A stretch of 64,000 nt of DNA, taken from the NCBI GenBank assembly GCA_035280265.1, contig DATEGE010000031.1, positions 3,995 to 67,994 on the forward strand. Reading direction: 5' to 3'. Below are positions 9,197 through 19,500 of this stretch, in pieces; the stretch's first letter is position 1; every line of letters starts with the position of its first letter. Origin of the DNA: Gemmatimonadales bacterium (GTDB lineage Bacteria; Gemmatimonadota; Gemmatimonadetes; Gemmatimonadales; GWC2-71-9). The translations under genes and the position numbers were made by a program. The notes below the pieces were generated by a model, which saw nothing but the letters and a program-made list of their open reading frames with translations, was not told the origin of the DNA and searched no databases.

Positions 9197-9796
9197 TTAG
9201 ATGAGGTAGCCCCGCCTCATGAGGTTGCGCCCTGACGCCGCGTAGCCGTCGGGACCGGGCAGATACCAGCTCATGGCATCGGCGAGCCGGTCGTAGATGT
9301 TGAAGACCGCGCAGACCTGAATTGCGTCCTCGATGGCTTCATCATTCAAGCCGACGGTGCGGAGCGGCGCCACGTCGGCGGGGCGGACCTCAGTGGGCTC
9401 AAGCGTGAGCTTCTCTAGGAAGCCGAGCGTGGCCCGCAGCTTCGGGTCGAGCGGGGCGGTGCGCCAGTTCGCGAGCACCGCCGCGACCAGCGTGTCATCC
9501 TTCCCTTCGTGTTTGAGCGCCAGCGACGCGACCGCGCCGTGCGACTCCGTTCAGAAGACGCACTGATTCAGGCGGGAGGTGAAGGCGGCGAATAATTCCC
9601 GTTCGCCGACACTCCACGGGGAGGGCCCGCGCATCACCGCCTGGGTCCAGTCGCTCATCGGCCGGCCGAAGAACTCGGGGCGATACAGCAGCGTCTTGAC
9701 GACGTCGGGGACCCGGCGCCCGCCCACCAGCCTGATCAGCAGCAGCTTGAGGCGCTGCGGCAGGCGGTGACGGTGATCGACTGCGGCTAGCCGCAT
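9197..9796 (-). CDS. AhpD/carboxymuconolactone decarboxylase-like peroxidase, probable selenoprotein (C-V-F-U, UGA at 9553-9551)
   Basis: ORF-track pieces 9551..9826 and 9197..9478 are in the same frame, separated only by TGA at the second Cys position of CxxC ([13 protein letters not shown]). The joined 199-aa protein resembles the AhpD family throughout. Confidence 0.78.
9515..9550 (-). promoter_or_regulatory. candidate bacterial SECIS element
   Basis: 3' of the UGA: ACGGAGTCGCA-CGGCGC-GGTC-GCGTCG-CTGGCGCTC. A 6-bp upper stem with a G-initial 4-nt loop 17 nt after the UGA, plus a possible lower stem GAG..CTC. Confidence 0.55.
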
Positions 9797-9801
9797 CGAT
9801 A

Positions 9802-10197
9802 CTAGTCCTGCGTCGCCCCGCTCCACTCGATCGCGGCGAGGGGAACATTGGGTGAGGACTCGCCCCGCAGCGCGCGGAGCCCGCGCTCCAGCCGTCCCAG
9901 CGCCGCTCCGAGCGCCGCCGAGACCGTGAGCTCGAAGAGGGCGTCGTCGGAATGGCCCGCCCGCTGCAGCGCGGCGACGTCATCGTCGCTCACCCGATGG
10001 GCGTGCCGGGCGACCTTGTCGACGTAGGCCGCGAGCGCCGGAGACAAGGCTGGGGAGAGGGGGCCCGGGGCTGAGGACCGCGCCGCTCGGACCACGACCG
10101 CGCGTCGCAGCTGCTCCGTCGTAGCGCCGGGGGTGGCGAGCACTGCGGCCACCAGTCGCGTGCTGTAGGCGCCGGAGCGGCCGCCGAGCTCGCTCAT
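9802..10197 (-). CDS. small AhpD-like/CMD-fold protein lacking cysteines
   Basis: [42 protein letters not shown] resembles the AhpD-like C-terminal helices; stop lies 5 nt upstream of the selenoprotein ATG. Confidence 0.65.
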   Translation of the reverse strand: MSELGGRSGAYSTRLVAAVLATPGATTEQLRRAVVVRAARSSAPGPLSPALSPALAAYVDKVARHAHRVSDDDVAALQRAGHSDDALFELTVSAALGAALGRLERGLRALRGESSPNVPLAAIEWSGATQD

Positions 10198-10434
10198 GAG
10201 GTCGTTGTCGGGTCGGGAGCCCGGTAGAATGGCGGCACTGGTCCGGGTCGTCAAGTAGAGGCGTTCGCTTTCGCAACCACTCGAATGGCTGGGCCAGTAC
10301 CCCCCCGACCTTGCGGGGTTCCCGTCCAGGGCGTATTTCAAAGCCGCTGCCAATTCCCTAGCTCCGCTGGTGACCCGTTACGCTGGTCGGAGGGCAGGCG
10401 TATGGTGCGAGGCCATCACCTCGTTGCCGTGCAG

Positions 10435-11340
10435 ATGCGACGTGTCGGGTGGAGTGTCTCCCTACTCCTGGCCACCGCGCCACTCGGCGCGGGCGGCCAG
10501 ACGGCCGCCTCCAAGTCCCCGACGGCTTCCGAGCCGGTCTCCCTAATCATCCGCACCGACGATGCGGGGATGAGTCACAGCGTCAACATGGCGTTGCAGC
10601 GGCTCATCGAGAGCGGACTACCGGTCTCGGTCTCCGTGATGTTCGCGTGCCCCTGGTATCAGGAGACGGTGGAGATCCTGAAGCGGCATCCCGCCGTGTC
10701 CGTCGGGATTCATCTCACGCTCAATGCGGAGTGGAAGAATTATCGCTGGGGGCCGGTCCTCGGCCGTGAGGCGGTGCCGACGTTAGTCGATGCCGACGGC
10801 TACTTCTTCCAATCGTCGGAGGCGCTGTACAAGAATCATCCCGCCGTGCCCGAGATCGAACGGGAGCTGCGCGCGCAGATCCAACGGGCGCTCAAGTCCG
10901 GCCTCAAGATCGATTACGTCGATTACCACATGGGCACGGCGGTGCGCTACCCCGAATTCCGCGAGCTCACCGAGCGGCTGGCGCGCGAGTTCGGGTTGGG
11001 GATGTCGGGATACTTCGGAGAGACGATGGATAACCCGCAGTACTGGGCGGCCCCGCCGAACAAGGCGGACAGCCTGGTCGCGTTCGTCGATCGACTGCGG
11101 CCGGGGCTGAATGTCGTGGTCACCCACGTCGGGATAGACGATGCGGAGCTGGGCGCGTTGTTGGACATGAACACCGACCAGCCCCTGCCGGACATGAGCA
11201 AGAATCGGCAGGGCGAGCTGGACGCGGTCACGTCGACTCGGTTTGCCGCGTCGCTGAAAGCGCGCCATGTCGTGCTGCTGACGTATCGAGATGTCATAGC
11301 GAAGGAAGGCCTGCAGTCCATGCGTCGACCCGTAGACTGA
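10435..11340 (+). CDS. ChbG/HpnK (YdjC) family carbohydrate deacetylase, exported
   Basis: IIRTDDAGMSHSVN, GIHLTL and DYHMG motifs; signal peptide; start estimated. Confidence 0.8.
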   Translation: MRRVGWSVSLLLATAPLGAGGQTAASKSPTASEPVSLIIRTDDAGMSHSVNMALQRLIESGLPVSVSVMFACPWYQETVEILKRHPAVSVGIHLTLNAEWKNYRWGPVLGREAVPTLVDADGYFFQSSEALYKNHPAVPEIERELRAQIQRALKSGLKIDYVDYHMGTAVRYPEFRELTERLAREFGLGMSGYFGETMDNPQYWAAPPNKADSLVAFVDRLRPGLNVVVTHVGIDDAELGALLDMNTDQPLPDMSKNRQGELDAVTSTRFAASLKARHVVLLTYRDVIAKEGLQSMRRPVD

Positions 11341-11353
11341 GGAGAAGGGTTCC

Positions 11354-14300
11354 ATGGAAAACCTGCTACAGCGTAGTGCGATTCGGGCAATCGCCGTGAG
11401 TGGATTGCTCGCGCTCTGTCTGGCCGGCGCGGCGTGGAGCCAGGGGCAACAGGTCTCGGGCACCGTCACGGCGGCCGCAACGGGCGAGAAGCTCTGGGGC
11501 GTGACAGTGCGGGTGAAGGGCACCCAGACCCAGACGGTCACCGATAAACAGGGGCGCTACGCCCTGATCGCCCTGGGCGACGCCGTGCTGTCGTACGCGC
11601 TTATCGGCTACCGGGCGACCGAGCGACCGGTGAGCGGGCAAGGCACCGTCGACGCCACGATGGAGCAAGCGCCAACGGTCCTGCAAGAGATAGTGGTCAC
11701 CGGGTACACGACCCAGCGGCGCCAGGACATCACGGGCGCCGTCGCGAGCGTCAATCTCCAGGACGCGAACAAAGCGACCACCACGAGCGTGCTGCAACGC
11801 ATCGAAGGACAGGTGGCGGGCGTGACGGTGAACTCGAGCGGCTCGCCGGGCTCGCGCTCGACGGTCCGCGTCCGCGGCGTCGGCTCGTTCCAGAATAATG
11901 ATCCGCTCTACATCATCGATGGGACGCCGGTCGAGGACTCGTACCTCAACTTTCTCAATCCCAGTGACATCGCCGAAATCCAGGTCCTGAAGGACGCGTC
12001 CGCCGCCTCGATCTATGGATCGCGGGCGTCGAACGGCGTCGTCATCATCGAGACCCGCAGGGGGCGGCCGGGCGGCAAATCGGCGACGCTCGACGTGCGC
12101 ACCGGCGTTTCGTCCGCGACCAAGGGCCTGGACGACATCGTGATGACCGATCCGCTGCAGTATTTCGAGGTTATTCGGCGGTCCTATCACAACGCCGGAC
12201 AGACCCTCCCGCCGGAAGTAATAGCGCTGTACGGCCATGGCGCTGATACCGCAACTAAGGTGACGATTCCGAAGTACACCTACATCGGTCCTGGGGTGAC
12301 GGTGATCGACACAGACGCGGTGGGTCGTCCGAACAACATCGACCGGTCGGCGTACTCCTATCCCAACACGCTGATCATGCCGGCGAGCGCCGGTACCGAC
12401 TGGTGGAAAGCGGTGTTCGGCACCGGAAACTACACGGACGCCAACCTGGCGCTCACGGGCGGCGGGCTGGATAACGGGTACAACGTGTCGTTCAACTACC
12501 TCCGGCAGGATGGCACCGCGGCCTACAACCGCCTGCAGCGTGGCACGGTGCGTGTCAACACGTCGTTCAATACCAGCTCGAAGCTCACCCTGGGCGAAAA
12601 CATCGCCGTATCGCGCGAGCAAGGCTACGGCGGACTCGATGATTTCTCGCTCGGCGAGGACAACATCGTCGGTAAGAACATCCTGATGCAACCGATCGTT
12701 CCCATCTACGACATCGGCGGGAATTTCGCATCCGGAAAATCCACGGGGTTGGGGAATAACACCAATCCGCTCAAGATTGCCTGGGCGGGTCGCTTCGACC
12801 GCACCACCACCGACCGGGCCCTCGGCAATGCGTTCGCTAAGTTCGCCATTTGGCCGGAACTGTCGGCGCGCAGCCAGTTCTCCTTCAACCTGTTCCAGCA
12901 GGAGCAAACGGTCTTCAACCCGACGACCTTCGAGAACTCGGAGGCCAACGCCACGAATAGCATCACCCAGACCGACAACCGAATCACCGGCTGGACGTGG
13001 ACGAACACGCTGACGTACGGGCGGGCGTTCGGGCCGCACAACCTCGCCGTGTTGGTCGGGCAGGAAGCGATTTCCAGCACCGGCCGCCTGCTGTACGGCG
13101 GCATCTCGGGGCTCGTCAATGACAGTCCCGACGACCGCTACATCAACGATGCGCTGGGACTGGCGTCCACCAAGGTCGACAGCAGCTCGGGGGCCTTCGA
13201 CCGGCTGCTCTCCGTGTTCGGCAAGGCCGACTACAACTACGGCGAGAAGTACTACGCCAGCGTGACGGTGCGGCGCGACGGCTCCTCGAAGTTCGCGCCC
13301 GGAAACCAGTGGGGCACGTTCCCGGCGTTCAACGTCGGCTGGCGGCTCTCGCGCGAGTCGTTCTTCCCCCAGGGCGGCTTCTTCGCGAACGTGCTGCTGC
13401 GGTTCGGCTACGGCACGACCGGCAACCAGCAGATCCCCGGGGGACGCATCTTGTCCCAGTTCGGCGGGGGCAGCGGCGACACGTTCTACGACATCGGGAA
13501 CACCGGTACCGGCATCGTCACCGGATACCGGCAGACGAAGTTGGGGAACGCGAAGCTGAAGTGGGAAGAGAACAAGTCTACCAACGTCGGCGCCGACCTC
13601 GACTTTCTCCAGGGGCGGGGCAATTTCACGATGGATTGGTATTCGCGCACCAGTGATAATCTGCTGTTCCCGCCCGCGGCCCCCGCGACGGCGGGCGCGG
13701 CGGCCCCGGCCATTCAGAACATCGGCAAGGTCAGCAACAAAGGGGTGGACTTCGCTGTCTCCTACAACGGCACCATCGGGACCGACAAGGTGTGGAGCGT
13801 GGCCTTCAACGGCAGCCACTACAAGAACGAGGTCCTGCGGATCGATGGACAGCTCAACAGCTTTGTCGATGCCGCGATCGGCCCACAGATCACGCGCATC
13901 GGGAACCCGATCATCAACGAAGTGGGCCAGCCGATCGGCTCCTTCTTTGGCAAGGTGACGAACGGCTACTTCCCCGACGCGGCGACCGCGGCGGCGCATA
14001 AGCCCGACCCCGCCACCGGCACGTGCGCGACGCCGCCCTGCCAGCCGGGCGCCATCGTGGGTGGGCTGCGGTATGTCGACATAAACAAGGATGGGAAGAT
14101 CGACGGCAGCGACCGGGCCATCATCGGGAGTCCGCATCCCGATTTCACGGCCGGCATCAATCTGGGATTCCGCACGGGTCGGTGGGACTTCAGCGCGACG
14201 ATGTTCGGGTCGTTCGGCGGCCAGATTTACGACGCCCAGAAGGACTTCTATGTGTTCCGGGATTTCTCGACCAACGTCGTCAAGGACCGGCTCACCAACT

Positions 14301-14683
14301 CGTTCTGCATCGCCGGGGACGCGGGCTGCACCCATCCGGGCGACCAGAGCGCGAAGTATCCGCGCATCAATCAGAACGACAATGGCAGCGACGACATCAG
14401 CAGCTTCTTTATCGAAAGCGCCACCTATGTCCGGCTGCGCGCGCTCCAGATCGGATACGCCGTGCCCGCGTCGCTGATCAGCTGGCTTCCCTCGGGGGGG
14501 CGCATCTACGTACAAGCGGAGAACGTGTTCACGCTCACGGGCTACCCCGGACTCGATCCGTCATTGCCGGCGAGGGCCTTCACCGGAGCCTCGGGCGACG
14601 TTCGTGACCAGTTCCGCAATGTCGATGTGGGTGTGTATCCCAGCAACCGCACGTTCACGGTCGGGATCAGCACCACGTTCTAA
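11354..14683 (+). CDS. SusC/RagA family TonB-dependent receptor
   Basis: CarboxypepD_reg-like N-terminus, plug motifs NDPLYIIDG and VLKDASAASIYGSRASNGVVIIET, C-terminal Phe. Confidence 0.93.
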   Translation: MENLLQRSAIRAIAVSGLLALCLAGAAWSQGQQVSGTVTAAATGEKLWGVTVRVKGTQTQTVTDKQGRYALIALGDAVLSYALIGYRATERPVSGQGTVDATMEQAPTVLQEIVVTGYTTQRRQDITGAVASVNLQDANKATTTSVLQRIEGQVAGVTVNSSGSPGSRSTVRVRGVGSFQNNDPLYIIDGTPVEDSYLNFLNPSDIAEIQVLKDASAASIYGSRASNGVVIIETRRGRPGGKSATLDVRTGVSSATKGLDDIVMTDPLQYFEVIRRSYHNAGQTLPPEVIALYGHGADTATKVTIPKYTYIGPGVTVIDTDAVGRPNNIDRSAYSYPNTLIMPASAGTDWWKAVFGTGNYTDANLALTGGGLDNGYNVSFNYLRQDGTAAYNRLQRGTVRVNTSFNTSSKLTLGENIAVSREQGYGGLDDFSLGEDNIVGKNILMQPIVPIYDIGGNFASGKSTGLGNNTNPLKIAWAGRFDRTTTDRALGNAFAKFAIWPELSARSQFSFNLFQQEQTVFNPTTFENSEANATNSITQTDNRITGWTWTNTLTYGRAFGPHNLAVLVGQEAISSTGRLLYGGISGLVNDSPDDRYINDALGLASTKVDSSSGAFDRLLSVFGKADYNYGEKYYASVTVRRDGSSKFAPGNQWGTFPAFNVGWRLSRESFFPQGGFFANVLLRFGYGTTGNQQIPGGRILSQFGGGSGDTFYDIGNTGTGIVTGYRQTKLGNAKLKWEENKSTNVGADLDFLQGRGNFTMDWYSRTSDNLLFPPAAPATAGAAAPAIQNIGKVSNKGVDFAVSYNGTIGTDKVWSVAFNGSHYKNEVLRIDGQLNSFVDAAIGPQITRIGNPIINEVGQPIGSFFGKVTNGYFPDAATAAAHKPDPATGTCATPPCQPGAIVGGLRYVDINKDGKIDGSDRAIIGSPHPDFTAGINLGFRTGRWDFSATMFGSFGGQIYDAQKDFYVFRDFSTNVVKDRLTNSFCIAGDAGCTHPGDQSAKYPRINQNDNGSDDISSFFIESATYVRLRALQIGYAVPASLISWLPSGGRIYVQAENVFTLTGYPGLDPSLPARAFTGASGDVRDQFRNVDVGVYPSNRTFTVGISTTF

Positions 14684-14715
14684 TGCGATCGCCTTCACCT
14701 AAGGGACGGACGACG

Positions 14716-16578
14716 ATGACAAACTCATGGCGTTTCAAAATGCTGGTCGGAACGGCATGCCTCCTGTTCGGCCTGGCGATCACGTGGGCCTGCTCGGACT
14801 TCCTCAATACGCCTGCGCAGGGCACCCTGGACGTGAACGCCTTGTCCACCAAGGCGGGCGTCGAGGGCTCGCTGGTCGCCGCCTACCGGTCGCTCGACTG
14901 CAACAATGCCACCAACGGCAACTGGGGCTGCGCGGCCAGTAACTGGCCGTTCGGGAGCATCACCAGTGACGACGCGTATAAGGGCTCGGAGGCCACGGAC
15001 CAGCCGCAGGCGACCAAGCTCGAGCTGTACGCGTGGAGCGCCGACCAGGCGCAGGACTATCTGGACCGCAAGTGGGCCAGCATGTACGAGGGGGTGGTGC
15101 GCGCCAACGCCACCATTCGACTGCTGCAGGCCGTGAGCCAGTCGAAACCGGGGGAGATCTCGCACGCCGATTCGATGGGCATCGTCGGAGAGGCGCTATT
15201 CCTGCGCGCGCACTACCACTTCGAGCTGTGGCGCATGTGGGGCAACATTCCCTACTACTTCGAGACCGACAACGACTTTCGGAAGCCCAACGACACCAAC
15301 GCGGCCCGCGGCGCGGATTCCGTCGCCAAGCTGGTCCTCGCCGATCTCCAGGCCGCCGCTGCCCTGCTGCCGACCGCGCCGAGGAATGGGGAGGCGGGGA
15401 GAGCCACCTCGTGGACCGCACGGGCCTATAAGGGTCGCGTGCTGGCGTACACGCACCAGTATGCGGCCGCCGTCGCCACGTTCGATAGCGTGATCGCGTC
15501 CGGCCCGTACGCGCTCGAAGCCAGCTTCAATCGTGTCTGGACCGGCTTCCACCAATTTGCCGACGGGCCGGAAACGATCCTCGCCTATCAGGCGTCGGTG
15601 AACGACGGCGAGCCGAACGGCAACAACTCGAACTACGGCGAGCGGCTCAACCTGCCGCATTCCGGCAGTCCGTTCAAGTGCTGCGGCTTCCACCAGCCAT
15701 CCCAGAACCTCGCGAACTTCTTCGCGGTGGATGCGGTCACTGGACTTCCCAAGATGTTTGTGGACTCCGTCAACTGGAACAACCGCGACTCCATCTGGTA
15801 TGCCTCAGCCACCGATACGGTCGATCCCCGGATGGACTGGACGATCGGCCGGTACAATGTGCCTTACAAGGACTGGGGCTTGGAAACGCCCTGTTTCCCG
15901 CCGGCCTGCACGTCCGGGTGGATCCGCGCTCCCGGCTACGGGGGCCCGTACAGCCCCAAGAAGAACGCGCAGGAGAAGGCGAGCGGCGCCGTCAGCAAAG
16001 TCGGTTGGCAGCCCGAGCAGGAGAACGGCGTCCACATCCACATTTTCCGCTACGCCGATTTGCTGCTGCTCGACGCCGAGGCAAAGGTGGAGACCAATGA
16101 CCTGATAGGTTCTTTCAACATCGTGAACCAGATCAGGACGCGCGCCGGCGTGGCTGCTCAAGGCTGCGGGGATGCGTCGGTTGCCGCGACGTACGCCAGC
16201 TGTGTCGGCCACAGCGAGCTTGCGGTGCCGATCAGCGACCCCACGATCTCCTGGGCGACCTACAAGGTCTCGCCCTACCCGGGCGCAGCGTTCCCGGACC
16301 AGGCCACCGCCAGACGCGCGGTACGAATCGAGCGTCGGTTGGAGCTGGCCATGGAAGGCCAGCGGCTGTTTGACCTGCGGCGCTATGGCGGTGCCTACGC
16401 TGCCTCCGTGATGAGCGCGTACCTGGCGAAGGAGGACACGCCCCTACGCCGGCCGTACAAGCTGGCGCAGACACCGTATGCGACACCGCTCAACGATCTC
16501 TACCCGATTCCCACGGTCGAGATCGACTTGAGCATCGTGGGAGGAGTAAAGCGGCTCACCCAGAACCCGATGTGGTAA
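14716..16578 (+). CDS. RagB/SusD family nutrient uptake lipoprotein
   Basis: WAC lipobox, GEALFLRAHYHF, FRYADLLLLDAEA, ERRLELAMEGQRLFDLRR; alternative start 14683. Confidence 0.92.
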   Translation: MTNSWRFKMLVGTACLLFGLAITWACSDFLNTPAQGTLDVNALSTKAGVEGSLVAAYRSLDCNNATNGNWGCAASNWPFGSITSDDAYKGSEATDQPQATKLELYAWSADQAQDYLDRKWASMYEGVVRANATIRLLQAVSQSKPGEISHADSMGIVGEALFLRAHYHFELWRMWGNIPYYFETDNDFRKPNDTNAARGADSVAKLVLADLQAAAALLPTAPRNGEAGRATSWTARAYKGRVLAYTHQYAAAVATFDSVIASGPYALEASFNRVWTGFHQFADGPETILAYQASVNDGEPNGNNSNYGERLNLPHSGSPFKCCGFHQPSQNLANFFAVDAVTGLPKMFVDSVNWNNRDSIWYASATDTVDPRMDWTIGRYNVPYKDWGLETPCFPPACTSGWIRAPGYGGPYSPKKNAQEKASGAVSKVGWQPEQENGVHIHIFRYADLLLLDAEAKVETNDLIGSFNIVNQIRTRAGVAAQGCGDASVAATYASCVGHSELAVPISDPTISWATYKVSPYPGAAFPDQATARRAVRIERRLELAMEGQRLFDLRRYGGAYAASVMSAYLAKEDTPLRRPYKLAQTPYATPLNDLYPIPTVEIDLSIVGGVKRLTQNPMW

Positions 16579-16593
16579 TAGATCGGACGCGCC

Positions 16594-19500
16594 TTACCGG
16601 CGCCTGACGACGAAGGCCTGCAGGGAGTCGCCGTGATTCGCAACCAGCACGGCGCTCCCTGCAGGCGTTTTCACGAGGGCCAGTCCCGTCACGTGGCGGG
16701 GCGCCAGAAAGCCGCTCTCCACCGGGGGGATCGCCGTGAAATGGCCCTGGCCGTCGCCCCGCAGCCAGAGGCCGTTGCCGGCGTCAGCCGGCGCCGTGTT
16801 CGGCTCCGTATCGTCGAGGTTGCCGGCCACGATCAGGTCGAGGTTCCCGTCACCGTCCACGTCGTCCGCGAGGATCCCTCGGATGGGGGCGGTCTGCGCC
16901 AGCGTGGGCAACGCCGACACGCTGAACGTCCCGTTGCCGTTGTTTTGTAGATAGACGCTGGCAAACGTGTCCACCTGGTAATGCAGCGCCTGCTGTAGCT
17001 GGGACGGGCCGAACATCTGCGGAATCGACGCCTCTGAGAACGCCGCGTAGGTCGGGAATCTCACCGCCAGGGGATAAATCGCCGGACCGACTGTCGCCAG
17101 GCCGTAGAAGGGATATTCCGTCCCGTTGACATCCTGGGTGAAAACGACGTCCGTGGTTCGGTTCCCGGTGAAATCGAGCGCATACACCCCGAACCTGCTG
17201 TGCGACGACGTCGTGTAGCTGTAATTCAGCCCGAGGTTCCCGGCCACGAGGTCAGGGCGACCGTCGTGGTTGAAGTCTCCACTGGCCAGGCTGTACCACC
17301 ACCCCCGCAGCGGCGGCAGCCCCATGGACGCGGTCACATCACGCAGTCGCTTCCCGTCGTTCTTGTAAAAGTGCAGGGGCATCCATTCGCCGGCCGTCAC
17401 CAGATCCAGTCGCCCGTCGCCGTCGAAATCGATCCACACCGCGGCGGTGATCATTCCGCCCGGGTGAATCAGTTCGGGTGCCACCTCCTCTGTGACATCG
17501 GTGAAATGGCCACCGTCGTTTCGTAACAGATAGCTACGGGTCGGGTAGGGGTAGTTCCTCGGGGTGAGGCGCCCGCCCACGAACAGGTCCAGTCGGCCAT
17601 CCCCATTGAAGTCCCCGGCCGCCACCGTCGCCGTGCAGGTCCGCATCTCTGGCAACGCTCGCGTGTCTTTCACAAACCGACCGCCTCCCCGGTTGAGATA
17701 CAGGCGGTCCTGCAACAGCGGCGAGCCCGGCGCCAGCTGATACCGGCAGCTCGCGACGTACAGGTCCGGAAGGCCGTCGCCGTTGGCGTCGAAGAAGAAG
17801 GCTCCCCAGTCATCATACTGGCTGTCCGCCGCCCATGGTTGCCCTTGGGTGGACTGCACGAAGCTGCCGTCCCTGCGTTGCATGAACAGCTTACCCGGAA
17901 CACCGGCCGCGCCTCCGATGAAGACATCCTCCAGGCCATCGCCGTTGACGTCGGCGACGGCAAGGGCAGGACCCTGTTTGGACACCATGTAGGGCAAGAG
18001 GGGCTGCACGTTGTAATCGACGAAGCTCCCGGAGTTGTGCTGGTACCGAATCGATCGGCTGGGCTCGAACAGCCGAGACGCGGGATGGGGGAAAGCGGAG
18101 GGGGAGGGGGAGCCCGCATCCCGTACCTTGGTCGCGTCTCGCTGCTTCACGAGCAACAGCCGATCCACGTCCAGCCCAGTAAAGAGCTGATACCGTCCAT
18201 CCGGCCAGATCACTTCCAGGCTGTCTACGCGCCACGCGGGTCCGAGCCCGAAATGCTCGCGGTCGTCCATCGTGGACATGTAGCCGCGCGTGGGCGAATG
18301 GTAGAGGTACTGCTTCTGCCCGCCGGCGGTGAGGATCAACCTTGCTCCGATCCCCCGTCGGTTAGGAGGGTCTCCATCCAGTTGGATCTGCAGGTAATGA
18401 TGCCTGTCGTCGTGTGGCTGGATATTCTCGTAGATGGAGGCCGGCGCATCGATGTTATTGACCACCAGATCGAGCTTGCCGTCGTTATTCAGGTCGGCGT
18501 ACGCCGTGCCGTACGCATAGCCCGGCTGGCCCAGCCCCCATTCGTTGGTCTTGTCGGAGAACGTCAGATCACCGTTGTTGCGGAAGACATGGCTCGGCAC
18601 CCGATAACTGCGCAGCTCCTTCAGGAGCGTCAGCGCACGTCGTGTGTCGCCCGCGCGGCGGGCCCTGAACGCGTTTCCCTGGTACTCGAGATCGTTCACC
18701 GCCTTGGGATACCCGCTCGTAATCAGGATGTCCTTGTAGCCGTCATTGTCGAAGTCTGCGAACAGGGGGCTCCAGCTCCAATCGGTGTATGCCACGCCCG
18801 CGAAGCGGGCGATTTCACTGAACACGAGATCGCCGTTGACGGTGACTCCATTGTTCAATTGCAACGCGTTGACGTCGTAATCGTCGCGAAACCCTCTGCT
18901 GCGCAGCTCCGACTGGCTTTCGTACGTGACGAACCCGCTCATCCGCTTACGGGCGCCCAACGCCGCAGGCATCATGTCGACCTGAAGGATGTCGGGACGG
19001 CCGTCGTTGTTGAAATCCGCGATATCGACGCCCATGCCCGCGAAGCTCGTGTGCTTGAGCCACGCGCCAGCCTTGTCGGTGAACGTTCCGTCTCCATTGT
19101 TGACGTAGAGCACGTCATTGGGTGCGACGTCGTTGGAGATGTAGATGTCGGGCCACCCATCTCCATTGACGTCGGCCACGACCACGCCGAGCCCATACCC
19201 CAGCTGCCGGAGTATCCCTGCTTCGCGGGATACGTCCGTAAAGGTCCCGTCGCCGTTGTTGCGATACAGCTTATTCCAGCTCGCTGGGCTGTTACTCCGG
19301 ACGCCGAGGGGGTGCGTGTCTGCCGCTCCCCGTGCGAAGTCCTGGGGTGAATTGTTGAGCAAGAAGAGATCGAGGTATCCGTCACCGTTGTAATCGAAGA
19401 ACACCGCCTGCGTCGTGTAACCGGTGTCGGCAATGCCGTATCGTGCCGCGGCCTCGGTGAAGGTGCCGTCCCCATTGTTGATGAACAGCAGATTGGCACG

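Noticed and set aside
10198-10434. Riboswitch or ncRNA in the divergent intergenic region
   Set aside because: No recognisable aptamer consensus; the TTGTCG/TAGAAT pair has only a 14-bp spacer, so it was not called as a promoter either.
11366-14515. 1049-aa antisense ORF (also 3758..5872, 5488..7740, 34226..35995 and similar)
   Set aside because: Shadow ORFs opposite well-supported genes; expected in high-GC DNA; no recognisable motifs.
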